DNA of 64,000 nt, taken from the NCBI GenBank assembly GCA_963806535.1, contig CAWDYC010000003.1, forward strand, positions 1 through 64,000, given 5' to 3'. This document shows, piece by piece, positions 29,421 through 40,885 of this stretch (the stretch's first letter is position 1; each line of letters starts with the position of its first letter). The translations under genes and the position numbers were made by a program. The notes beneath the pieces are model-generated. The model had not been told where the DNA came from. It worked only from the letters and a program-made list of their open reading frames with translations, and searched no databases. This DNA is from Candidatus Bathyarchaeota archaeon. GTDB lineage: Archaea > Thermoproteota > Bathyarchaeia > Bathyarchaeales > Bathycorpusculaceae.

Positions 29421-29708
29421 ATGCGCAAATGGTCCAAAAAAGTTACCGAGACTAGCAATGCTCTCGATTTGGAACAAGGTGTCTTTGGTTTCAAAGAGCC
29501 AAAAAAGATTGCCCTGTCACTTAAAAAATCTGCCGAGGAAAGCAAAAGGCGTAAAGGAACACCATACCAATCAGCTATGAGCATGCTTAACTTCTACATC
29601 AACCGCGCCGGTAAGAACTTATCCGATGAGCATAGGAAAACCTTAGAGCAAGCAAAAATCGAACTTAGGAAACTATTCCAAGAATCAACTAATTCCACAA
29701 TTTCATAA
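29421..29708 (+). CDS. DUF3175 family protein
   Basis: KWSKKVTETSNALDLEQGVF...SAMSMLNFYINRAGKNL. Confidence 0.85.
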   Translation: MRKWSKKVTETSNALDLEQGVFGFKEPKKIALSLKKSAEESKRRKGTPYQSAMSMLNFYINRAGKNLSDEHRKTLEQAKIELRKLFQESTNSTIS

Positions 29709-30067
29709 TGATTTCCAAAAAAACCGGGGATGCCGCTGGCTAAGCTGATATTGCGAGTTAGTAATGATCATTGTGGCGTTACTGTTATAGCTGAGACTGG
29801 ACAGATATTAGCTGCTTCTTGATCATCAGCCAGTTGATTGTCGTCGAAAACATTGGTCGATTTTGACTGGTCTGTTTGGCCGCCAATAACGTTGGACTAC
29901 TGGTTTTTGCCTGATTGAAAATGTACCCTATCAGCTGCATAGCATGCTCCTGTCGAAACACATGTTTTCAAGTGAACTTCAACTTTATTTAACCATTCAA
30001 AACACTACTCAAATCTTTATCAAAGTAAGTTAATTAAACATTTTCTAAAAAGTAAATTGCAATCACA

Positions 30068-31243
30068 CTATTTGATTTTTTTTCGTTTTATGATTATCAT
30101 AATTAGGGAAAGTAACTCAGTAACAATCATTATAGTCAGGAAAGATGGAAACTCTGGTACAGTTGGAACGGGGAAAAGATCAATAGTGCTGGTAGGTTTA
30201 GATGTTGGATTTTGAGTTGGTGATGTGTTTTGACTTGATGTTGGGTTAAGTGAGACTGTGGGATTAGAGATGGGACTACCTGTGGGAGTTGGAGGAACAG
30301 CATCCGTTGGAATAAGAGTTGGGCTAGTGCTAGGTGAGGGACTTGGGCTTGGAGAAGGCGTAGGTGTTAGTGTTTGGGTTGCAGAGTTTAAGGAAAAGAC
30401 TATTGTTCCATAAGTGTAAGTGCCGTAAGTGATTATGCTGTTGCTTGCTAGTATGTCAAGTGTCTGTTGAGTAGGATGCCCATAGGGATTATTGATTCCA
30501 GCACTGATAACGGCATAAGTGGGGATAACAGCACTTAGAAATGCTTGAGAGGTACTTGTGCTGCTTCCATGATGCCCTACTTTTAACACTTGGCTTTGCA
30601 GATTATAACCGGAAGAAAGGATGCTTTGTTCGGTATCAAATTGTGCATCTCCTGTTAAAAGGACGCTTGTGTTGCCGACTTGAAGTTTCATAACAATGCT
30701 CTCAGCGTTTATGTCGCTAAATTGAAGGGGATTTGTTGGACTTAAAACAGTGAAGTTTATTGTTGGTGACATTGCATAGATTTGATTTCTGCTGGCTTGA
30801 GTTAAGTTATGTGCCAATGCCAATGTTTTCCAGGTGTTGAAGGTTTGAGTTGTGGTGTAGTTGTACCCGTTATAGATGATGTCTTGAATTGGTATTGTTG
30901 ACTGTAAAACGGCTATTAAGCCGCCTATGTGGTCTTCGTGGGGATGAGTGGCAACCATTAAATCAATTTTTGTTACATGATAAGCATTCAGGTCATTTAG
31001 TACTGTGGTTCCTGCGTCCGTTGGTCCTCCATCAATCAATATGTTCTTAGAAGGAGTCTTCACCAGAATTGAATCGCCTTGACCCACATCCAAAAAATAA
31101 ACAGTTACGTTGTCGGCGCAAGTGGTCGTTAAAACTATAGGTGAAAAGGTTGCTGAACCAAATGATTGTAAATTAATTTGGACTAGTACAACAAATATTA
31201 TTGAAATAATCAAGAATACTGAAATTTTTTTTAACCAGTACAT
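30068..31243 (-). CDS. Surface-anchored ComEC/Rec2-type MBL-fold hydrolase with PT linker and PEF-CTERM-like tail
   Basis: LDVGQGD, THPHEDHIGG, LTGD, KVGHHGS, YGHP; C-terminal VPEFPS + TM + basic tail. Confidence 0.88.
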   Translation of the reverse strand: MYWLKKISVFLIISIIFVVLVQINLQSFGSATFSPIVLTTTCADNVTVYFLDVGQGDSILVKTPSKNILIDGGPTDAGTTVLNDLNAYHVTKIDLMVATHPHEDHIGGLIAVLQSTIPIQDIIYNGYNYTTTQTFNTWKTLALAHNLTQASRNQIYAMSPTINFTVLSPTNPLQFSDINAESIVMKLQVGNTSVLLTGDAQFDTEQSILSSGYNLQSQVLKVGHHGSSTSTSQAFLSAVIPTYAVISAGINNPYGHPTQQTLDILASNSIITYGTYTYGTIVFSLNSATQTLTPTPSPSPSPSPSTSPTLIPTDAVPPTPTGSPISNPTVSLNPTSSQNTSPTQNPTSKPTSTIDLFPVPTVPEFPSFLTIMIVTELLSLIMIIIKRKKIK

Positions 31244-31350
31244 CCTTTGTAGGTTAGAAATCTTTTTGCTTAAGAGTTTTGGGATGAACAAAACTCCTCT
31301 TGAAAACAAAAAGTTACTATGGCGTTTACAGCTAAAATTTTCAAGGAAGC

Positions 31351-31555
31351 TTATAGCGATGGCGTCTGTGCGTGTCTTTCTGAATGCAATTGTCCGCCTG
31401 TTGCCCAATTGCTTTTTGGCGCTTCATAAATAACGATTTCAACTGCTTCCTTTGGGAACTCCTAAATCTACAAAAACTTTAGTTATCCCTTCAACTGTTT
31501 TCTTCTTGTTCTCAAGAGTCATTCCTTCCCAAACAGAAACTTGAACTATTGGCAT
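31351..31555 (-). CDS. 4-oxalocrotonate tautomerase family (frameshift near 31455)
   Basis: MPIVQVSVWEG...GITKVF...EAVEIVIYEAPKSNWATGG; Pro-1. Confidence 0.8.
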
Positions 31556-31715
31556 TCCATTTTCCCTCAAATAACACTTTGCTATTTTACCTAATTAATA
31601 TGTTCTATTCATACAGTTTTTAGGTTTCACTGCCCACTATAGAAGACTAATTAACTCGGAATATCACTAACTAGATTTAGTGAACTGTTTCTTTAGCTCA
31701 AGAGGAGTTTGATTT

Positions 31716-32876
31716 GTGTTGGCGTCATTTTCTATGAATCAGGAAAAAGGTTTAGCCCAGAATAAATCAGAAAGGTACGTACGTCCTGTAAACGAATTGT
31801 GGGAAATGTGGAAACCTCGAGCAAAAATGAGAATTTACCCTTTTACTTATGCCCGCTACGAAGACGTGGAGAGGGTGATGACTAGTCTCACTTCCTATGA
31901 CAGAGAAATGTGGGCGTCCGCTTGGAGTTCCATAGCTAAGCCTTACGAAGAAAGAGCTATCCAAGCAGAAAAAGCAGGGGACACCCAAAGTGCCAAAGAA
32001 AACTATCTTCTCGCCTACCAATACTACAGGCTTGCCCGTTTCCCCACAATTAATTCGGAAGGAAAAAAGCAAGCGTACAAAAAATCACAAAATATGCTAC
32101 TGAAAGCAGCCCGATACTTTGACGTTCCAATAGAGCGGGTAGAAATACCCTTCAAGCCCGAAGGCAACGAAGGAAACTGCATAATTGCCTATTTGCGAGT
32201 TCCCAAAACGGGAGATGAGCCTTTTCCACTACTTTTCAGTTGGGGCGGAATAGACGGCTTTAAGGAAGAACAGTTAAATGACGAGGTTTTGGCGCATGGC
32301 TTAGCGACGCTGGCAATTGATGGTCCCGGGGTAGGTGATTCTCCCCTTAAGGGTTCTGAGAACGCCGAAAGACTTTTTGAAGCAGTGCTTAACTGGATTA
32401 ATACACGCAAAGAATTGGACACGAAGAAAGTGGCAATCTGGGGTTATAGCACAGGTGGCTACTGGGCGGTAAAAGTGGCTCACGTCTACAAAGACAGGAT
32501 AGCTTGTGCAGTGAGTCAAGGCGGACCTGTCCATTTCGGTTTTGAACCTGAATGGATTAGCCGGCAAGAACGGGGAGAATATGCGTTTGAAGTTTTTGAT
32601 ACTCTTGCTTTTGCTTTTGGCAAGTCAGGCTACGAAGAATGGGCCGAATATGCGCCTAAGCTGTCTCTTCTAAAACAGGGAATCTTGGATAAGCCATGCG
32701 CCCCCCTGCTGCTTATTAACGGAGTGCACGATTCGCTTTTCCCGATCAAAGACTATTATTTGTTATTTGAACATGGCAGTCCAAAAAGCGCTAGATTCTT
32801 TGAAGCTGGACACATGGGATTCACCAAAGATACCAACAAAATAATCACCGACTGGATTTACGAAAAATTGATTTAA
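31716..32876 (+). CDS. Alpha/beta hydrolase (FrsA/DUF1100-like)
   Basis: GGIDGFKEE, DGPGVG, nucleophile elbow GYSTG, GHMG. Confidence 0.85.
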   Translation: MLASFSMNQEKGLAQNKSERYVRPVNELWEMWKPRAKMRIYPFTYARYEDVERVMTSLTSYDREMWASAWSSIAKPYEERAIQAEKAGDTQSAKENYLLAYQYYRLARFPTINSEGKKQAYKKSQNMLLKAARYFDVPIERVEIPFKPEGNEGNCIIAYLRVPKTGDEPFPLLFSWGGIDGFKEEQLNDEVLAHGLATLAIDGPGVGDSPLKGSENAERLFEAVLNWINTRKELDTKKVAIWGYSTGGYWAVKVAHVYKDRIACAVSQGGPVHFGFEPEWISRQERGEYAFEVFDTLAFAFGKSGYEEWAEYAPKLSLLKQGILDKPCAPLLLINGVHDSLFPIKDYYLLFEHGSPKSARFFEAGHMGFTKDTNKIITDWIYEKLI

Positions 32877-33110
32877 CGATTCAAATATTATCGGCCTGAT
32901 TTGCCCGATTTTAAACAAATTAATCGGCGTCGGGGGATTTTATTGATTAGCCCTCCTTGTGAAAAGAAGAGTTGCATAAACTTGAACGACATTGTTCAAT
33001 TGAAGAACCAGAGAAAACTGAAGAGTCTTGTTTTGATTTTTAGGATGCAATGGATTCTCTGAGACTCAAAGTAGTTGCTATTAGAGGAACCCTCGGCTAA
33101 AAATAAGCGC

Positions 33111-33560
33111 TCAGTTTTCTGTTATGCCTCTTTCTTTCAACCATGCTTTTGTCTTTTCGTTGATTTTGTCTCGAACTTCTCTGAATTTAGCTAACTTTTC
33201 TTCTTCTGTTCCTTGATATGCTGCTGGGTCTTCAAAGGGCCAAAATAATCTTGTGCCAACTCCAGGTATAGTGGGACAGGACTCTTCTGCTTTTACACAT
33301 ACTGTTATGACTATTCCGAAATGTATCTTTCCAAGATAGTCAGACAAATTCTTCGAATGTTGACCAGTTAGATCATAGCCCAACTCTTTCATCACCTGAA
33401 TAGTGTAGGGGTGAATGGGTCGAGACTCGAAGCCTGCACTGTAAACCTCAAAATAATCACCAGCATATTTCCTCAGAAAAGCTTCAGCCATTTGACTTCG
33501 CGCCGAATTGCCTGTACATAGAAAAATAACTTTGGTCTTTTTCAGCTCACGCTTACTCAA
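33111..33560 (-). CDS. arsC: Arsenate reductase, LMW-PTP type
   Basis: CTGNSARSQMAE P-loop, FEDP. Confidence 0.92.
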   Translation of the reverse strand: MSKRELKKTKVIFLCTGNSARSQMAEAFLRKYAGDYFEVYSAGFESRPIHPYTIQVMKELGYDLTGQHSKNLSDYLGKIHFGIVITVCVKAEESCPTIPGVGTRLFWPFEDPAAYQGTEEEKLAKFREVRDKINEKTKAWLKERGITEN

Positions 33561-34021
33561 TTAACAAACCTCTCCATAATCCATTTTTTCATTTCATCCC
33601 TTGTACGACGAAAAGCCTCAAGTTTTTCTTCTTCAGTTCCCTGTGCTTCAGACGGATCCTCGAAAGGATGGTCCAAATAATCTTTAGCCTTAGGCAGTCT
33701 TTGGCGGATCAACTCAGGCCTACCCATGACTATCGGCGAAGCACAAATGGCACAATTTATCTTTGAACCGCTACGACAAACTGACACAACCAAGTCGATA
33801 TCGACATCTTTGAAAACATCGAGACTTTTAGAATATTGCTTAGAAATATCTATCCCGATTTCATCCATGACCTTAATAGCTAAAGGATTGACCTGCGTGG
33901 GATTTGTTCCGGCACTGAAAACATCGTACTCATCTCCATACAAGTGTCTAAGCAATCCTTCAGCAATCTGAGACCGAGCTGAATTATGAGTACACAAAAA
34001 CAAAACCTTAGTTTTAACCAT
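33557..34021 (-). CDS. arsC: Arsenate reductase, LMW-PTP type
   Basis: CTHNSARSQIAE, FEDP. Confidence 0.9.
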   Translation of the reverse strand: MVKTKVLFLCTHNSARSQIAEGLLRHLYGDEYDVFSAGTNPTQVNPLAIKVMDEIGIDISKQYSKSLDVFKDVDIDLVVSVCRSGSKINCAICASPIVMGRPELIRQRLPKAKDYLDHPFEDPSEAQGTEEEKLEAFRRTRDEMKKWIMERFVN

Positions 34022-34102
34022 TAAGACTCATCCTTATACGTTGCTTTTTGAACCATAAAAACATAGTCAATATATTCTTTATAGAAATAATTGTTTCATC
34101 TT

Positions 34103-34441
34103 TCAAATAGTCCAAAAAGAAAACACCTCAACGTTCTCCTTTTCAAATTCCTTCTTCAAGATACTTTTCACTTCATCCTCATCTAGATTCCAAAATCCTA
34201 GTTTGTCTTTGCGCAAAGGAATTTTTGTTTCTCTAAGGGATTGGCCTTTAGGAAAATCAAGAAAGATGTAGTAACGCGCCTCATGCATCAATATTATTCT
34301 TAAAGTTGTAAGTTCTTTGTTTGGCGAAAGAGCATTTTGCTCAAGAATGAAAACAATCGACTTTGGCTTCTTTTCGCTAACTAAACGCTTGAATTCTTCC
34401 CAATCCCTAATTCTAACGTGACCATCACTCATTTTCTTCAA
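34103..34441 (-). CDS. Hypothetical protein in ars operon
   Basis: Overlaps the end of arsC; no recognised motif. Confidence 0.7.
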   Translation of the reverse strand: MKKMSDGHVRIRDWEEFKRLVSEKKPKSIVFILEQNALSPNKELTTLRIILMHEARYYIFLDFPKGQSLRETKIPLRKDKLGFWNLDEDEVKSILKKEFEKENVEVFSFWTI

Positions 34442-34820
34442 TTAACCTCTTGACCCTGTTTTCAATGTCATCTCTGATTTCTCGGACTTTTTCTATTGGC
34501 TTTCCTTTCGGATCTTCAAGTTTCCAATCGATTGTTGGTTTAAAGAAGGGTCCAGGGCATATTCCTTGATCGTTGCAGCCCATTGTGACAATTAGGTCTG
34601 AATCCTGAGCCATCTGGAAAGTAAGCAATTTCGGCTTATTTGCAGAAATATCAATGCCTTTTTCTTTCATGACTTCCACAACCACAGGGTTAACTGTTTC
34701 CGCAGGCTTGTTGCCAGCACTAAAAATAACAAACTTATCTTTTCCGTACTTGTTGGCGAAAGCCTCTGCCATTTGGCTTCTGCCCGCATTCTCTACACAG
34801 ACAAACAGTATTTTTTTCAT
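34425..34820 (-). CDS. arsC: Arsenate reductase, LMW-PTP type
   Basis: [20 protein letters not shown]. Confidence 0.92.
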   Translation of the reverse strand: MKKILFVCVENAGRSQMAEAFANKYGKDKFVIFSAGNKPAETVNPVVVEVMKEKGIDISANKPKLLTFQMAQDSDLIVTMGCNDQGICPGPFFKPTIDWKLEDPKGKPIEKVREIRDDIENRVKRLIEENE

Positions 34821-35903
34821 GCTTCATCCTCCTTATCTTTATAGTATTTCTTTCTTATCCAGAGGGCCACATTCACTAAACTTATCATGACTGGTACTTC
34901 TATTAATGGTCCTATAACTGCTGCGAAGGCTTCCTGTGAAGCTAAACCGAAAACCGCGACGGCTACGGCTATGGCTAATTCAAAGTTATTGCTGGCTGCG
35001 GTAAAAGAGAGCGAGGTTGTTCTTTTGTAACCCAGTTTAGAATAGTACCCTATGGCGAATGCCACCGAGAACATTATTATGAAGTAGACTAAAAGCGGAA
35101 TGGCAACTCTGACAACATCCAACGGCAAACTTACAATGTACTGTCCTTTGAGCGAAAACATAACAACAATAGTGAATAGCAATGCTATGAGTGACACGTG
35201 GCTTAGTTTATGCATTAGTTTGTGTTCGTACCATTCCTTGCCTTTGGTTTTTAGGAAGTAGTATCTGGTTATGATTCCGGCGAAGAATGGGATGCCTAAG
35301 TAAATCGCCACTGATTGTGCAACTTGTATTATGGAAATGTTTACGATTTGTCCTGAGCCTGAAATCCAACGAGCTGGCTATGGTTATGTAAAAGTATGCA
35401 AGAACCGAGTACATTACTATCTGAAAGATGGAGTTAACTGCAACTAGTATGGCTGTCCATTCGTTGTCGCCTTCTGCAAGGTTATTCCATACGATAACCA
35501 TAGCGATACATCGTGCTATGCCGATGAGTATTATGCCGTTTCTGAGGTCAGGATAGGCACCAAGGAATACCCAAGCTAAAACAAACATCAACAAAGGTCC
35601 AATTACCCAGTTAAGAGTAAGCGACTCCGTGAGCATTGTCTTTGAACCTTTGGAAGTTACCACTTTTTTTAGATCTTCGTATCGTACTCTTGCAAGCGGA
35701 GGATACATCATCAAAATCAAGCCTACAGCTATAGGAATTGAGGTGGTTCCAATACTCAAAGAGCCTATGTCACTGGATATCTTAGGATAGATGTAGCCTA
35801 TTGCAACCCCAATGGCCATTGCTAAGAATATCCAGACTGTGAGAAACTTGCTCAACAACGAGAGATGAGGCTTAGGCTTATCAGGTTTAGAAGGGATACA
35901 CAT
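34817..35903 (-). CDS. acr3: ACR3 arsenite efflux transporter (frameshift near 35370)
   Basis: [40 protein letters not shown] over two frames. Confidence 0.92.
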
Positions 35904-35904
35904 T

Positions 35905-36207
35905 TTAACTGCCTGATGGTGTTTCTCGAAGTTTTCTGATTAATTTTCGTGTCTCTATTTTGGAAGGGTGTTTGATTGCTTTGGCTGGGCATATTGCATC
36001 GCAGCCATTGCATAGTATAACGCAATTGTTTGGATTTTTCACAATTGGCATCTTTTTGCCTTTGATTTCTTCAAATTCGTAGGTTCCGAGTTTGCAGTAT
36101 TCTACGCATTTTCCGCAGCTTACACATTTTTTATAATCTATTGTTGGGTACCAAGGTATCTTGCTTCGGGGAATTCCATGCCAAGTTTCTTCAGACATAT
36201 CTGTCAC
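35905..36207 (-). CDS. 2x[4Fe-4S] ferredoxin family protein
   Basis: CVSCGKCVEYC and CVILCNGCDAICP. Confidence 0.9.
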   Translation of the reverse strand: MTDMSEETWHGIPRSKIPWYPTIDYKKCVSCGKCVEYCKLGTYEFEEIKGKKMPIVKNPNNCVILCNGCDAICPAKAIKHPSKIETRKLIRKLRETPSGS

Positions 36208-36245
36208 CTTATTTCATCTGAAATATTCATAGCAACTTTTAAATA

Positions 36246-36599
36246 TTGTTATCTACACTTAAACAAACCATGTTTGCAAAAGTGGAAAACCAGAATCGCT
36301 TCAAATCAACAGTTTTCTACGCTCTCTCCGATCCAATCCGACTCGAAATAATAGCATATTTGCGAGACGGAGAAAAATGCGTCTGCGAAATCGTTCCACA
36401 TTTAAACCTAATTCAACCACTCGTTTCACGCCACTTAAGAATCCTCAAAGAAACCGGAATAGTCAGATGCCGAAAAGAAGGAACAAAACGAATGTATTCA
36501 ATTGTCGACCCCAGAATACACATTATTGTTGACGATTTAACACCAGAGTTTGTTAATGCCTTAACAAAAGAGATTCTGGACCAAATGACTTGCAGATAA
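36246..36599 (+). CDS. arsR: ArsR/SmtB transcriptional regulator
   Basis: ALSDPIRLEI, EKCVCEI, VSRHLRILK. Confidence 0.92.
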   Translation: MLSTLKQTMFAKVENQNRFKSTVFYALSDPIRLEIIAYLRDGEKCVCEIVPHLNLIQPLVSRHLRILKETGIVRCRKEGTKRMYSIVDPRIHIIVDDLTPEFVNALTKEILDQMTCR

Positions 36600-36613
36600 A
36601 AAGGTGAAACAAA

Positions 36614-37441
36614 TTGAAAGAAGAAAAAATCAAGAAACTTGTAAGAAATCGATACGCCAAAGTTGCCAAAACCAACGGCTCTTGCTGCGCCTCAAATATT
36701 AGCTGTTGCTCAGCCCCGACAAACGAGCAAGTAAGCAAAATGATCGGTTACAGTGAAGAAGAGATGAGTGCAGTTCCAGAAGGTGCCAATCTTGGTTTAG
36801 GCTGTGGAAATCCAACCGCTTTAGCGTCTTTGAAAGAGGGCGAAAGAGTTCTGGATTTAGGGTCAGGCGCAGGTTTTGACTGCTTTTTGGCTGCAAAGAA
36901 AGTCGGCAAGCAAGGCAAGGTGATAGGCGTAGACATGACTCCTGAAATGCTCGACAAAGCTAGAGCAAACGCAAAAAAAGGCAAATACACAAATGTCGAG
37001 TTTAGATTGGGAGAAATTGAAAATCTGCCTGTCGCAGACAATTCAGTCGACGTTATAATATCAAACTGTGTAATCAACCTCGCCCCAAACAAGAAGCGAG
37101 TATTTGAAGAAGCATTCAGAGTTCTTGCTCCAAACGGTCGATTGATGGTGTCGGACATTGTTCTCTTAAAAGAGCTGCCTGAATCCATTCAAGAAAATGT
37201 TGAAGCCTATGCCGGATGCATTTCTGGGGCAGAGCTTAAAGAAAAATATCTTGAACTAATGCGAAAAGCTGGATTCCAAGAGGTAAAAGTCATAGAAGAA
37301 AAGACTTACCCGCTTGAATATATCATAAGTGAATCCACATTGAAAGAAGCAATCAAAATGTCAAACATGACAGAGGAAGAGGTAAAAGAAGCAGCCAACA
37401 TTGTAGTAAGCATAAAGGTATCCGCAGTGAAAACAAAATAG
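36614..37441 (+). CDS. arsM: Arsenite methyltransferase
   Basis: [32 protein letters not shown]; N-terminal CC motifs. Confidence 0.93.
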   Translation: MKEEKIKKLVRNRYAKVAKTNGSCCASNISCCSAPTNEQVSKMIGYSEEEMSAVPEGANLGLGCGNPTALASLKEGERVLDLGSGAGFDCFLAAKKVGKQGKVIGVDMTPEMLDKARANAKKGKYTNVEFRLGEIENLPVADNSVDVIISNCVINLAPNKKRVFEEAFRVLAPNGRLMVSDIVLLKELPESIQENVEAYAGCISGAELKEKYLELMRKAGFQEVKVIEEKTYPLEYIISESTLKEAIKMSNMTEEEVKEAANIVVSIKVSAVKTK

Positions 37442-37478
37442 CTCAAGCTAAAGACAAAACGTTAAGGAGATTCGTACT

Positions 37479-38045
37479 ATGAAAAAATCTTTAGGCGCAA
37501 ACACCATCGTTCCCACGACACCTGTTTGGGTTGTTGGAACTTATGATCGAGAGGGAAAACCAAATGTTATGACTGCTGCTTGGGGAGGAGTTTGTTGTTC
37601 TCAACCGCCATGTATCTATGTGTCTCTGAGAAAAGCCACGTATACCTACAAAAATATTGTGGACCGCAAAGCGTTTACGGTAAGTATTCCATCCGAAGAC
37701 TATGTCAAGGAAGCTGATTATTTTGGCATGGTTTCGGGGAAAACGGTGGATAAATTCGCGGCAACAGGGCTTACTCCAGTGAAAAGCGACCTTGTAGACG
37801 CACCCTCCGTGAAAGAATTTCCTCTCATTATTGAATGCAAACTTCTAAAAACAGTTGAAATTGGGCTTCACACGGAGTTCATAGGTGAAATCATGGACGT
37901 CAAAGCTGATTCTATTGTGCTTAATGAAAAGAAACTTCCAGACATTGAAAAAATGAAACCTATAATCTGGAATATGGCGGGAATGACATATCATAAAGTT
38001 GGGCAACCCGTGGGACAGGCATTTGCAATTGGAAAAGAGAAATAA
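37479..38045 (+). CDS. Flavin reductase family (flavoredoxin-like)
   Basis: [29 protein letters not shown]. Confidence 0.88.
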   Translation: MKKSLGANTIVPTTPVWVVGTYDREGKPNVMTAAWGGVCCSQPPCIYVSLRKATYTYKNIVDRKAFTVSIPSEDYVKEADYFGMVSGKTVDKFAATGLTPVKSDLVDAPSVKEFPLIIECKLLKTVEIGLHTEFIGEIMDVKADSIVLNEKKLPDIEKMKPIIWNMAGMTYHKVGQPVGQAFAIGKEK

Positions 38046-38460
38046 CCTGTAAAATGTAACGTCTCTTCCTTTTTTAGAGCAGCTTTGATATAGGCTACAA
38101 AGATGGGTGTCTAAGTGCGATATCGCTGAGTAAAAATGAATCGAAGATCAAATAGTTATTTTCAGATTCTTTCTTTTTGAAAATATACGTGACATAGCAC
38201 GAAAAAGTTGGTTGGGCAATACGAAAATTATTGCCAATTAGAATGTTATGGTGTAATTTTGGTGCTAAATGATTCCAGCGAAGATAGCGTTTCTCCAAGC
38301 CCATATTTCTGACAAAACGGTCATTAAGAAAATAAAGCGTTGGAAGCGACCTGACCCTCACAGCTCACGTTTTCTACAATAGAAAGAAACTGCTATTTTC
38401 TGCTTCCAAGATTAAGACTACTTTTTCGTGACCAAACTCGAAGAAAATGAGCTGCATTTG

Positions 38461-38928
38461 TTATGTTTGTGGCGACTTCGTTTTAACGTTATCTGCGCTG
38501 GTATTTGCAGCTGCGTCGATAACTCCCTTTAAAGCAATTCCTGCTACGAAAGGTGCTGAAAGAAGTTTCGGATCAAATGTGGTAGAAACTACACCAGAAG
38601 AGTAAGCGATGAAACCCGCAGCGCCACCCAAAATAATCCCTAAGATCCATCCTAAGTAGACACCTTCACCAGTTGTGCTAGGATAAAGTATGACTGCTTT
38701 GTTCTGTATAAGATCGTGTATGAGTCCACCAACGGAACCGACAACAATACTCAACAAAAGAAATGACGTCGTTAGAGAACCAGCAATGCCAAGAATGAAA
38801 AGAAATGCTATGACCAGAGTTGCCATGACTGCTTGAGATAATTTTCCAAAAGCCTTCTTTTCTTTATCTGCAGAAGCCACAGTTGCCTCAGGTTTATTTA
38901 CAGCCCCTAAATCTACGGTCCCTGACAT
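38461..38928 (-). CDS. Hypothetical membrane protein
   Basis: Several Gly-rich TM helices. Confidence 0.7.
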   Translation of the reverse strand: MSGTVDLGAVNKPEATVASADKEKKAFGKLSQAVMATLVIAFLFILGIAGSLTTSFLLLSIVVGSVGGLIHDLIQNKAVILYPSTTGEGVYLGWILGIILGGAAGFIAYSSGVVSTTFDPKLLSAPFVAGIALKGVIDAAANTSADNVKTKSPQT

Positions 38929-39816
38929 GAATATTGTATAGGAAGAGTTGCCTTTTAAGTTTTTAGCGCGCTTAAAAACAAGACCCTCTATAGCAAACAG
39001 AAAGGCTAAATACAGGTCATTTTGCGGAATAAGGACAAAACTTACCTTTTGAAAAAGAGTTGTGAAGGGGACTCGCTCTATTATCGAAAAAGGTTGTGCA
39101 AATTGCTAAAAGTGGCCCCCATTATGCTGAACAATTGAGTAGTCCTGCGACAAATATGCACTTGCAACTGCCTGTTTCAGACTAACTGTGATAGTTGTGC
39201 TACAACACATAAATCTTAAATTCTGTTCTTGACTATTATATTTTAGAAGGAAAGAGCAAAAACAAGAAAGAAAAAGCACTTTCCAAAACAAAAAACAAAA
39301 AGTATCTAATGAAATTGGTAAGAAAATAGCACCGAATACTTTGCTATTAAAGAAAGAGTAAAGATATGCTCTTTCCTTCTTCCCATTTTTTATACTTAAC
39401 TCAACCACAGTCATTAAAGTGCTTTGCATTTCATCTGCAATTTTTGATTAACCTAGTCTACTGAAAGAACTAAAACAATAAGTACTTAATTTTAAGTTAG
39501 AAAACTGCGGTTTCGCCATTTGCGAATTAGAGTTGACAAGAGGCAAAGGCTGCTTCGCAGATTCAGCGAATTAGCGTTCTTAAAAAGTGTTATTTAACCG
39601 TTAAAGATAAAATGCCAACCTAACGGAAGCCAAACTATGAGCAAACGCAAAACTCCTCTTGAAAACAAAAGTTACTATGGCGGCATCTATTATTTTTTGC
39701 TTCATCGCAAAGAAGACAAAAGTTCCAACAAATAGGAAAGTTATAAGTGGGCAGGTTCGAGCTAGGAACGGAAATGATATAAACGCTCTGAGCAGTGGTC
39801 ACTCTGGGGCATTGCT

Positions 39817-40795
39817 TTGGAGAAATGGCAGAACCTTCTAAGGTACGACCCGTTACCTATTTTGCTCTCGTCAAAGAATCCAGCTATTATGTTCTTCACA
39901 AAGCGTGACCTGCAAAACGAAAATGTCAATCAAATAGAAACTCTCTGGGAACAGCCTTCTAGTCAAAAAGATTGTGAGCAACCAGCAGCCTGATGGTTCA
40001 TGGAGATATCCTGGAGCAAAGCTGAACATCCGTTCCCAGCAGAACTACAATCAGATTGAAACTTACCGAATCGTCGGAGAACTCGTCGAAAAATACGGCT
40101 TCAACAAACCGCAATAATGCTATACGAAATGCAGCTGATTTCCTGTTTAGTTTCCAAACACAAGAAGGAGATTTTAGAGGAATATATGGAAACCAGTATT
40201 CTCCAAACTACACCGCTGCGATTATGGAGCTTTTGATAAAATCAGGCTACCAAAACGATCTCCGAGTTGAGAAAGGTTTTCGTTGGCTTCTTTCTATCCG
40301 ACAGAATGATGGAGGATGGGCAATAGCAAGCCGAACAAGAAACGTGAAAATTAACTGATTTTCTGTTTCAGGCAGAAACGATGCAGCCTGACAGGACAAA
40401 GCCGTTCTCGCACCTAGTGACCGGCGTCGTGTTACGCGCATTTGCAGCTCACCCCAAGTATCGCCAATTAGACGAGGCAAAAGCCGCTGGAAACCTCTTA
40501 GCGTCAAGGTTCTTCAAAAAAGACGCTTATCCAGACCGAGGAACAGCTGCTTTCTGGACAAAATTCTCCTTTCCATTCTGGTTCACAGACATTCTTGTCA
40601 TCACTGGATTCTTTGTCGCTTCTGGGTTTCAAAATGCAAGAACCACAAATCAAAAAGGCAATTGATTGGCTCATCAACGCACAAGATGAAAACGGTTTAT
40701 GGAATGTGCATCTGGTTAGGGGTAAAGACAAGGATTTGAATCTCTGGATAGCCTTGGCAATCTGCCGCGTTCTCAAAAGATTCTGCCTAAATTAA
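39817..40795 (+). pseudogene. Prenyltransferase/squalene-cyclase-like (QW repeat) protein, multiple frameshifts
   Basis: QQPDGSW, QTQEGDF, RQNDGGW, QDENGLW repeats spread over several frames. Confidence 0.7.
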
Positions 40796-40885
40796 CCGAA
40801 GAAGCAGTTCTCATTAATTCTTTTAAAGAATAAAAAGAAGGGAAAATTCCAAGATTTTCCATTTTTCTCGCAGTTTAGTATGTTA

